Program-made: the position numbers and the translations under genes
From: Dicyema japonicum
Taxonomy: Eukaryota; Animalia; Dicyemida
Length of the DNA stretch: 64,000 bases
Assembly (NCBI GenBank): GCA_011109175.1
Contig: RDEW01000058.1
Span: 130,033 to 194,032 of the forward strand
Direction: 5' to 3'
Part shown: piece by piece, positions 53,651 to 64,000 of the stretch
Position numbering within the stretch: position 1 is the stretch's first letter
How the letters are laid out: each line of letters begins with the position of its first letter
The notes under the pieces: generated by a model
What the model was told of the DNA's origin: nothing
Seen by the model: only the letters and a program-made list of their open reading frames with translations
The model's database searches: none

Positions 53651-54761
53651 TCATGCCATAGAGTTGCAACCTGAAAAATAAACAGCAGCGTATCGTCTTT
53701 TACTGTCCCTGTTGCAACAAACTCTGATAGTCCATCTAATCGTCTCCCCTCTAAGACAACTCAAAATCTTTGTCTCCGTTGAATGTTCAATGGTTGTCAG
53801 GGAAATCGGTAACAAACTTAACTACTGGACTAAAAATCAACGAATTTACATTTGAAAGCAAATCTAACAAAAACACTAAGAAACTAATCGTCATTCAACA
53901 AAAACTACAGTTTCTCAATACAATTTTCAAGGTCCATATATGATCATTATTATCACTGAGTTCAAGACAACCTGGTGACCACAAAGACAACCTGAGAGGC
54001 TATTTCCACCAACTCATTTACTTCATTGTCAGAAGGGTGACATTCTGTAGTATACATGTCGCTTTGTTTATCACACGGGAGGGCCATGTGGTTGGGGATC
54101 GTAAAATTGACGTAATTGAGTTTTTTCGACCTTGACCGATCCTTCTACCTCTTTTATTTTCGACCCTTTTCTCGCTTAATCGATTTATTGACTCAAAGTA
54201 AAATTTTTTTGTTTTATCAACACAGACAGTATCAACAGCCGGGACGCTATCACATAGGACAATTATTACTAAAGTCTTGAGCATTTGTTACATAATTCGA
54301 TTCATAAATTCCCAAATACTAAAAGTTGTATCATAAATAATGTCTTCTAAAAACAAAATTTTTAATTATATTGTGTAATTCAAAATTCCCTAACCGATGA
54401 GCCGCGAACCGTTGCCGGTCCATCATCAATTGATACCTAGTCGTGCAAGAAATAAAGTATTTAAATCATTTTACATGTATGATCTCAGTTTGTACGCGTT
54501 GTCATTTTATTACTCATACAGCTTGTAAAATAATCAGTAGTGTTGTAAACGTTAGTGTGTCTTATGAGTGATTCAGGATGTGATTGCTCAACAGCAGCTA
54601 GCTGCTTTTTTTGCAAAACATTTTGAAAGGAATGTTTAAAGTAAATTTTAATAAATTTATGATATTTCGAGGCTTTGATTTTTATGTTATGTTTTTAATA
54701 CGATGGTACAGGTAAATTGAAGTAAACAATTATTTTTAAGGAACTTTCGAAAGCCATAATG

Positions 54762-54960
54762 TTTATAACCCCCCATGTGCAACACTAAAGTGTCCTATAT
54801 AGACGATCCAGTTCCGCAGTGAAATGTCACTGATGTCACTCGTCAAACTAAAGCATATTGATGCGTGGAACCTTCAACCAAAATTTACATATCGGAATTC
54901 AGATTAGCAACCCTAAGACCTGTTATCCGGCAACCGTTAAGTAAACAATCTTAAATTAAA
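54762..54960 (-). mobile_element. LINE 3' end related to family A
   Basis: Reads GCGGAACTGGATCG...CACATGGGGGGTTATAAA. Confidence 0.5.
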
Positions 54961-55732
54961 TTAAACAATCTACGCCAGAGCCGCGGGAAATGGTCAAACG
55001 CTTAACACCGATAAAGAAAAATGCTAGATCGTGATCTAAAATGCTATGTATGACAGCATAATTATCGCGAACATAAGTAAAAGACCTCATTTGTATCATG
55101 ATCTCCTTTTTCTCTTAATGGAAATGCCTGATCTTGATTAAGAGGTTCAAATTATCAGATTCCGCTCTGAAAGCTGAGAATACCAACGAAAATTCGAAAA
55201 CTCTAAGATAAGAAAATAAACAGATTCCATATGCGGCTGAAATCTTCGACAGATGAAAATCTCATATTTGAAATCCTAGTAGATCGTTTCAAAAGTGACC
55301 AGAGATCGTTGGAAAATGGAATGGCTGTTTTAAAGTATGAATTGGAAAACTGATTGAAGATGATCTTTTTATACACTAGCATAAGAACATCTATGTATTT
55401 ACATTGATGGTCGATCCAATAACCTTCGATACTTCTGGATCGTTTGGAGAAAGCGTAAAGAAGTCATCAATGGAAATCTCGAAACTAACATGTCCACTTG
55501 ATGTGTGAATGATCCCTCTTCTATTTTCATCACATATACTACAGTAGCGGATATTACTTCATTCGACTGAAGAGTTTTCATAATGTAAATCTCCACCAGT
55601 CGATTTGGTCATGGGAAAAGGTATTTTGATAATAAAATTTTTACTTATAAAAATTACACAACAGAGCAAATATTTAAATAAATTAATGATTAAAAAATTA
55701 ATTAATAATGAAAATTTGAAAATTAATCACTC

Positions 55733-57960
55733 ATGGTGGATTCTCATTTAGATGAAAATTCAAAACTATGAATCTATCCACTGTAAGAGTCATTACAATA
55801 AATTCAGCGTGTGGGCAGGTCATGTATCATCATAGAATTTAGGAACAAACATATTATGGTATATGTAGTAATTATGAAGCTCGACTGTGGAATCCATCAT
55901 GGCAGATTTGGTTTGGATGCATTGCCCTTTATTGATTCAGTCGATTTGGATAAAATTGACTTTCCCTGATTAGTCAGTTCGTTTTTTGGGGAATTTTAGC
56001 TTTCATCTAAATCTCTGTGTCTCTCTGCCATATTTACTTGAAAAAACTATATTTAGAAGAGATGTTTATGACACATGCTACAAAAGCAATCTATAGACTT
56101 CTTTTAACTGACTACTCGAAAGTTGGTATATAATTTAATAACCACGTCAAAAATTTTTTGTTTAAAATATTTAAAATTATTATTTGAATTAAAATTAATC
56201 AAATTTAAAACTAAATTTTAGTTTTGCGAATACCGGTGGCACAAATGAGCTTGACACAGTATAGGTAAAATTGAGACGATCGATTATTACCAAGAAATTA
56301 TGGTAGATGAGATAAAGTGTTCCTGCAGATCTGCTGGCCCTTTACTTGGCGTTGCAATGTTTCTCATTGTGATTGCTGGGGTGAAAATTCTATAAACTGG
56401 TGATTTCTCTAGAGAAGATTGACACATAATGGCAGCTTAAATTTCCCCAGTTGTGCCTGACGTCCTTATAATTGTCGTTTTCTTTTATACATTTTTTAGG
56501 AATCGACTTACGGAACAAGTGTTTACGAGCCTCAGGAACATAGAGAGCGAAAATTCACGAATCGGGTCCATGATATTGTCTCTCAAGGGGGAAGATGTCT
56601 CATCCCAGATTTTGCCTTGGCAAGAACTCAGGAGTTGCTGTTAAATATTAGGTAGTCTTAGCTGTCATCAATTTAGATGAGTATTGAAGCAGAAATCCCC
56701 AGCTGCAGAGCATTCCCATGTACTATGGGTCAAATCTGACTAGGAAGTGCATAAATGTTTTTCAAACCTTTTTGGACTCTATGAATGACAAAATAAGGAA
56801 TTTAATGTCAAGTTCGAATCCATTTGTATTTAAACATATTTACAATTTACGGATATTTTAAATTCGATTTTTTTTAGAATTATTTTTGAGTATTTTATTT
56901 TTAATATTTTTATTTTAATATTGTTTTCCCTTAGAGTATTGATGAATTTAATGATATCGGCCCTTCAGTCTTGTTTGCCTTTCCCGGAATGACAGAGTGG
57001 ACTTAGCAGAGATCTCTTTGAGATGTGGTGCTCAGAACTACGAACGGATCATCATAGCCTGGTATTGTGTTAAAGGGACGTTATCCAGGAATTTCATATA
57101 TTTTTTATATAGTACATTCTCAAAAACCCTGAACTATCCAAACTGCCCAAGGAAGCGTTCTCCTATTGAAATGCTCACTCGAGTACATCTCCTTCTCAGC
57201 CCACACGTATTACAAACAGACTAGAGAATTTGTCCGCGCTATTAAACCACCTCATATTGTGAGTTTTCATGTGACTATTGGAATCTCGTTCATGAGGAAA
57301 GGACTGTGATGGGGAGACTTAAGGCTGCTCTTATAAGGGAATATGAGGATGATCCGTCTTATAACATCGATATTTATGATTTACGTAACACAGAACATAT
57401 ATTTGTATATCAAGGGAGAACGAACCGCTAAAGTATTCGGGCAATATCTCTATCATAGATTATCTGGAAAATGGCCTCCACTAAATGAATGAATACCGGA
57501 GACCGACTTTCAGGGGTCATACTTAACCGGAATTTTAACTACCAGGTCATGGAGTCTTCGGAGGTCTTGGTTTGTTAAGGATTTGATTTTTTTAGATTAC
57601 ACGAAACTGATTAGGAGTCTGATAGTTCAAAGGCAATCAATACTTTTAAGAGATCTCGGGATTTGGTTAGAACTTTTTTTAATGCAGATGACTGATTTGG
57701 TCTCCAAGGATGTTGAATCCTTCCAAGATTTTTGTAGCGAAAACAATTGAGATTATTTGTAAGGACGATTACGTGGTTCTTTGAGTTTAAAATTGTCTTT
57801 ATTCGAAGTGGACTTTGAGTCCTGCTTTAGATTATGTTACGTTGATGCTGTTCAGGCTATTATTTTGAAGGTGGAAGATAACTCTGTAAATGATTTGTCG
57901 TACCCTGAATTTGTTAGCGAGGAGAACGAAAAGAATTAGTTGAAGAGCTTTTTCTGCACA
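55733..57960 (+). pseudogene. CPSF3: CPSF73/CPSF3 pre-mRNA 3'-endonuclease pseudogene with tiny introns
   Basis: Reads [96 protein letters not shown] and GVILNRNFNY. Stops include TGA at 56420 and 56685; frameshifts present. Confidence 0.92.
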
Positions 57961-57984
57961 TGGTTTTATGCTTCAAGTTGAACA

Positions 57985-58500
57985 TGGATGAGTTGCGTCA
58001 GATAATCGAATATCTAGAAAATGGATATTTTGATGCGTCGCTTTCAAGAAAGAGTAAACAGCGCATTTGGAGACTAGCCTCATTGCTAGTTTTTAGAGGA
58101 CGATAGAGTTCAGAAACTCTTTCTCAGAGAAATTTGTAAACAGGTTAAATGTTAAACATATTATTTGGACAACCAAGTGCACCGTGAATTAAAGCCAGGT
58201 AGAGAGGTATCATTTATATCATAATGTATAGGTTAAATCAATCTCTTAAAAAATGGTTATCATCCGTTTCTTCTGCTGATGGAACTCTGGGAATATATCA
58301 ATCCAGTCTGGGAGACCAGAGACCACCAAACATGCTCCTTTCAAGAATTTTAATGGAGCGATTATCCGCCAGAATATCTGATGAACGCTTAAATAGATTT
58401 CTACAGTATGAGAAGATGAAGACCAATCTTTGTCACGGGATTCTGCACGAAGCATACTTTGGTAGATGCAGAAAAATGCGAAAGAAAAGAAGATGGAAAA
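57985..58500 (+). mobile_element. Second Ginger/Gypsy-type integrase remnant
   Basis: Reads IIEYLENG..SRKSKQRIWRLA (N-terminal type) and RLNQSLKKWLSS..ETTKHAPFK (integrase C-terminal type). Confidence 0.45.
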
Positions 58501-58584
58501 AATGATGAAGAATCGTTGAATATTGGAGACAGAGTTATTCTACGAATGGTTAGGTGACTACAACGCAAACCTCGGCATCAAAAA

Positions 58585-59330
58585 ACCATCATGTGTTCCA
58601 TTGACATATAAAAGGCTTTTGACTCAATACGAGGAAGCTCTCACTAGGAAGATTTATGGGTCTAACATTCCGAACAACCTGAAAATTTTCGTTAACTTTC
58701 TCAACGGACGAATAGGAAGAGTAATCCCCATTCCACATCTTTAATCACTAAATTTCTACCAACAGGGTCCCGCAAAGATCCCCTTCTCTCCAAAGTCTAT
58801 TCACCTATTCATGAGCGACATGCCTTCCTACAGTTGCGACGATGCCCTATTCTTGCTTACCGACGATTTAATCCTGGGGAACAAGAGACCAATGCATCTA
58901 CACAGCGTGTACCTGCCTACAAGATTCACTGGATAGCCTGAACTGTTGGGTTACCAGGATCCAATTACACACAAGTCCTGAAAAGTCGTGCTCTATGATA
59001 TTTACTTCCAATAGAAGATTGACTAACTCGGCGTCTTCATTGACTTTAAATGGAATAACAATTCCCTTCACAACTACAACCAAAATACTGGGGGTCACAT
59101 ATGACCCACTAATGACCTTCAACAAACATGTGAGCAACACTCCTCCTCGTCATTAAAACCAACCCCATTAAGACTTCTCTTACCTTCCCAACTCCATGAT
59201 CTCTTCCACATAAGTAATCCGAGTCCATCTCCTTCAGATATCCGTGCACTCATGTTGAAATCGACTTGTTCGTCGAAGACATTTCTAGTCACGTATTGTT
59301 GTATGATAAAGCAGCCCATGAGGCATTAGC
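58585..59330 (+). mobile_element. Decayed Jockey/L2-group LINE RT
   Basis: Reads DI*KAFDSI, NFLNGRIGRV, a frameshifted QG..LSP..F..FMSD.P and KILGVTYDPLMTFNKHV. Confidence 0.75.
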
Positions 59331-61450
59331 TAGTAGGGAATAATCCATTAGATGTTAGATTTCAGTCTTTCACTCTGTCTTATTGGTTAATTAAAAATTT
59401 AAATCTCGGAAAAATATCATGAAAATCATACCACTTGCAAAGGATAAAGATCATGGAAATTGAAGGTCTTGTGGACTAAGGAATATCTCTCAAACTGAAT
59501 ATAACCTTTTGCTTCCTTTGATCTCGGGACGTCAAAATCGATGGTTTATAAATAATGAACTATCTGATGCTTTAATTTATTTTCGAATCCACAGATTCAC
59601 GGATAGTACCTGAGAGGATAAAAAATACATAATTTTAGCTATGATTGTTTTTTACATAAACTCGCCTTATTTAATCATATAATTATACCGCATTTTTCCA
59701 ATATATTTGTTTTCTACTCCCCGTTAGCATATAACTTTGTGACATTAAGTACGACATAAATTATATAGAACGGTCAAGTTTTATGCTTTTTTTCTTAGTC
59801 TAAGTATTTAAGGCAAAAATATGTTGAATAAAATATTGTATACTGTTGTGGTATGCCAAAACATTTTTCGAAAAGACAACATTGATATCGAGAAGGCGTT
59901 CGACTTGGTCTTCGCGAAGATCCTAACGACATAAATTACCAATAATCTTGAGTCATGATTTATATTCAGAAAACAAGTGATTTTAAATTTCCAGAAATAG
60001 AAATTGCATAACTACAGATGTGAAACTCCTTCAAGGGAACATCCATTAATGTGGGAGTAGCAAATGATCCATTTTAATGGGATCCAAGTGTTTTTTGCGA
60101 CAGTTATAGTGCATGATGCCACACAGAACAAGGAAGGGAAGAAATAAAAATGAAATCTTCTAACGAGTATCCAGTTGACGCAATCTCGGTCATTAGCCTC
60201 CACAGGGGATTTCTCCAAATATAAAACTGATCTAATCCATTGGTAGGTTCCGAAAGTACAACAGACACGCCTCTGCCAATTTTGAGATGGTCTGTAATTA
60301 TATTGTACAAAATGTCTCTGTGCTTCATGGTAGATAAAAACATGAGCGTAGTGAGGTGGTAAACCTGGAAGACATCGATAGTAGACAATGAAAAAAAATG
60401 TTTGATTCACAAATTATATGGGGATCATCTGTGTGAAGCTACACATATAGGAATTTATGAATTTTGCTAGTAGTGCAGTCCGACCTCTTTTTGAAGAAAC
60501 CCAAACTTGAGAATACCTCTTTTGGAGGAGAATCTCAATTTTGTTGAGATTTTATCATTTTAATAATAATAATGAAATTTTCTTTAGTAATAAACTTGCA
60601 AATTGGGAAAATTAGTGTGACAATTAATAATTTTTAAATTTGTCATAGAAAATTTAGAAAAAATATGACCGTAAGTTAATTTTTGCAGCAGGACATTTTT
60701 AGCTTCTGGTCCTTTATTTCTTAACAAAGTTTTCTTTGTCAAAGTGGATAACTAAATCGTGACTACAGACGGACTTTTGACTTGAATAAAATCCCTTGCT
60801 TCTCCAACGGTTCATCACTTACCGGAAAGCCTGATTTCCGTCTTCAAATGGGGTTCTGTCTTTAAGTAGCTTAACAACCTGAACATCCATTCAGTTAAAT
60901 CCACAAGTGGCATGTATTAACGATGATGTTTTGCGAAATGAGAAGAGGTACAACACTATAATTGAGATCTGCCTAGAGACTTTCCCTATTTTCTTCGAAG
61001 ACCAAAAAAACAGACTCAGTTCAACGAAATGCTTTGTATCTTTTTTTCAACAAACCAAAAAGACCATTCATAACATTCCTGTTCATGTTTAGAAACACAG
61101 ATAACTATGAAAAAAGATACAGAGATCGAATGTGCATATTCTTAAAAGCTGTTCCCAAAGACAGTTTGCCGGTCGACCATTTGAGGATAATTTCTAAATT
61201 TTTAGAAAATGGGATCACCATTGACTCCCATCCTAATCGGCGGTTTGGGTCTAAAAAAGCGAAACTGTTCTCTTACAATATGAAATAGAATTGTACTAGT
61301 TAAACTAATCTCTACCAGTTGCTTTAAGTCTGGAATTCCATCTCATTAGCATGAGTTAGAGTTATGGAGTGGGGTATGTTCGTAATGTAGAATTAAACAG
61401 CTAATGATAAAACACAAAATAGTCGATTAAGCTACTATGTTTACTATAAA

Positions 61451-63050
61451 TTATGACTTTTACTTCCTTTAAATGAGTAGGCTCGGGTATCTACTCGCAC
61501 CCTTTAAAGGGCACAATCCAACTACCTCACCAAATCATTCATCGGTAGTAGCGACGGGCGATGTGTACAAAGGGCAGGGACGTAATCATTGCAGGCTAAT
61601 GACCTGCGATTACTAGGAATTCCTTGTGCAAGAGGAAAAATTAAAAACCTCGATTCCTGTCACGAGGAAATTTTAAGGTTTAGCTTGCTTTGCCAAGCAA
61701 GACTCGCACTGCTTTCTTGTAGCGCGCGTGCAGCCCCGAACGTCTAAGGGCAGTTACAGACCTGTTATTGCTCACTTGCAAGTGTTTAAAACACTGATAC
61801 ATCTAAGATGTCGAACGTCTAGAATCGAAAAACTAATAAGTATTTTTGAGTCTGGTTCGTTATCAGAATTAATCAAACATATCACTCTACCAAACAACAA
61901 CGGTCATGCTCCACCACCACAGTATCAAGAAAAAGATATCAGTCTGTCAATCCTTACTGTGTTCGGCCCGGGTGAGTTTTTTGTGTTGAGTCAAATTGAG
62001 CTACAGGCTCCACTCCTGGTGGTGCCCTTTCGTCAATTCCTTTAAGTTTCAGCTTTGCAACCATACTTCCCCAGAGCCCAAAGACTTTGGTTTCCCGGAA
62101 GCAACCCGCTAATGTACAAATACTTATCAGCGGAGTGCTAGTTAGCATCGTTTATAGTTGGAACTACGACGAGATCTAATCGACTTGGATACTCCAACTG
62201 TCGTTCTTGATTAATGAAAACATCCTTGGGAAATGCTTTCACTGTAGATCGTCCTGCACCGATCTACGAATTTCACCTCTAGCGGTGCAATACGGATGCC
62301 CCGTCTGTCTCTGTTAATCATTACTTTGCTACTGTAACCAATAGAAAAGTCTTATTCTATTATTCCATGCTGAGATATTCAAGCAGAATGCTTGCCCTAA
62401 GCACTCTATTTTGTTCAAGGTATTACACACAACTTGCATGTATTACACACAAGCAAACCGAGATCCAACTACGAGCTTTTCAACTGCAGCAACTTTAGTA
62501 TACACTATTGGAACTGGAATTGCCGCGGCTGCTGGCACCTTGCCCTTCGATTGCCTTCATTAAAGCTTTTACGATTATTTCATTACAATCTCTGGACAAA
62601 TGCCCAGATACGTTATCTATCATCACCATCACTTTATGCCAAAAGTGGATAATTTTCGCACTTGCTGCAATCCATAGATCTGGCAGCCATTTCTCATGCT
62701 CCTCTCCGGAATCGAACCCTGATTCCCCGTTACCCGTTGTAACCACGGTAAGCCACTACCTCACTGTCAACAATTGATGGGGCGGACATCTAATTGATAT
62801 GTCACCGGATATCCGGTGATCAGCAAAATTATCTAGAGTCAACTAATTCTAATAATTTCGTTTTAATAAGCTTTACGCATGTATTAGCTCTAGATTTACA
62901 ACAGTTATTTACCGTCGTTTGACATTATCAAGTAAGTTATGTCCGATTTAATGAGCCGTTCGCGGTTTCGCTCATTAGAGAGCATGAACTTACACTTGCA
63001 TGGCTTAATCTGTAAGATAAGCATATGATCATTCGCAGGATCAGCCTGCT
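61451..63050 (-). rRNA. 18S SSU rRNA copy, probably a pseudogene (~1.6 kb, last helix missing)
   Basis: The minus strand begins CAGGCTGATCCTGC..GATTAAGCCATGCAAG. It contains GTGCCAGCAGCCGCGG, AAACTTAAAGGAATTGACG and TTGTACACA.CGCCCGTCGC, and ends GGAAGTAAAAGTCATAA. Conserved sites are substituted, there is a 13-bp direct repeat at 62420/62440, and no ITS, 5.8S or 28S follows. Confidence 0.9.
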
Positions 63051-63334
63051 ATCTTTTCACAGAAATTACCCACACTTACATGGGAAATACTAGGGAAAAT
63101 GACGCCCGAATGACTCTCGCAATTGCGAAAGAGATGGGATATATGAGCTTCCAAAATTTTGCTGAGTACAGCACACGTGGAAACTTTTTTTAAAGTTACT
63201 CACCTTATATGAGGAGAAAGAGAACTTTAATACTAGACTATTTGTAGAAACCTACAACCAGGTCTGGAAAATCATGGAAGAGCATGATGTTGTTCAACAC
63301 GGGGCTGAACCATTAGCAGAAGAATCAACGAGGA

Positions 63335-63610
63335 CTTACATCAAATCGGTTGTACTGAAGAGAACGCTCGAAAGTATGCTCATTGAACATAAGCATGGGA
63401 TGAAGGTATACGATGAAGAGTACGCCTCTACTACCTCCCAACTTTTAGAACTGGCATGCCATAAGGACAGCCCACTGTACACTAACGGAGATATTTTGAC
63501 TGAATCTGATGTAGAGATGGGGAGTAACAGGGAGGTTATGGCACACTCTTTATCTAAGAGAAGAAGAGGGATTACCAACAATCTGGATCAAAATATGCTT
63601 AATTAGTTAA
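63335..63610 (+). mobile_element. 3'-terminal fragment of a second R4-like subfamily
   Basis: TRTYIKSVVLKRTLESMLIEHK parallels LQAYLQSTVLKRTLESLTLEYR of the full element; followed by an AT/TAA-rich tail. Confidence 0.7.
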
Positions 63611-64000
63611 TTTACTCGATATTATTATTATTAAATAATTTTTAATTTTTTGTTAATTTGGGCTTCTAAATTTCTCTGAATCTGATTCCCTATAATTATC
63701 AGAGACACATGGCTATTCTCGCTATATATTTCGACGAGGACTCTATTAATTTGAAGACATATATGCGATTTGCTAAAAATGATCTTTTCTAAATTTTAAA
63801 TCTTGAAAAAACTGACTTTAATATTGAAGAGATAAATGTTAATTATCATAATATATAAAAGCAATCATAGCCTGCAAGCGATCCCAATGTGCTGGAAGAA
63901 CGAACGTGTCATTCTAGGATCTCTTTTTAGTCCTGCAAGTCAGTCGATAAACTTTGCCGTTATGGAGCAAGCATATTGAAGAATACATTTGTTTATATTG

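Noticed and set aside
55790-55860. Tc1-like 'SVWAG' transposase motif
   Set aside because: The region is the intron and exon 2 of the CPSF3 pseudogene ([10 protein letters not shown]) in another frame.
60012-60410. ABC-transporter D-loop-like string VVLSEPTNGLD
   Set aside because: There is no Walker A or signature motif nearby. The region looks coding-like but I could not assign it.
1-64000. CRISPR array, or prokaryotic operon or defence system
   Set aside because: No regularly spaced repeat-spacer array is present. The genes have spliceosomal introns and the rRNA is eukaryotic.
1-64000. Alternative genetic code explaining the many in-frame stops
   Set aside because: The stops co-occur with frameshifts and deletions. 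The RFT1 TAG is TGG in the sister copy, and the long R4 and RFT1 frames read normally under the standard code.
1-64000. Microsporidian host genome, suggested by the TE types
   Set aside because: Intron-rich RFT1, CPSF3 and DDX1, the FAM21 gene and a ~1.6 kb 18S do not fit microsporidia.

Overview
AT-rich eukaryotic nuclear DNA with no prokaryotic features. It comes from a compact-intron genome: the GT-AG introns are mostly 20-28 nt, and a divergent 18S is present. A dicyemid or similarly reduced animal parasite is my unverified guess. The window is mostly decayed mobile elements and intron-retaining pseudogenes of conserved housekeeping genes (DDX1 x2, RFT1, a WD40 gene, a cathepsin-L-like protease, WASHC2/FAM21, CPSF3). 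A 7-8 kb segmental duplication (1109-8936 / 14617-21706) carries DDX1-RFT1-WD40. The second RFT1 copy (18855-20723) can be spliced into a 529-aa ORF and is the only host gene that looks intact. Mobile elements include a near-complete R4/Dong-type RLE retrotransposon (35476-38974) and a TIR-bounded Ginger2-like integrase element (23436-24808). There are also CRE, RTE and other APE-LINE fragments and hAT and Tc1/IS630 remnants. An orphan, 3'-truncated 18S rDNA pseudogene lies at 61451-63050 (minus strand). All family calls come from recognising motifs by eye, and most boundaries are approximate. I found no clear evidence of a wholly new system; the leads below are ranked by interest.
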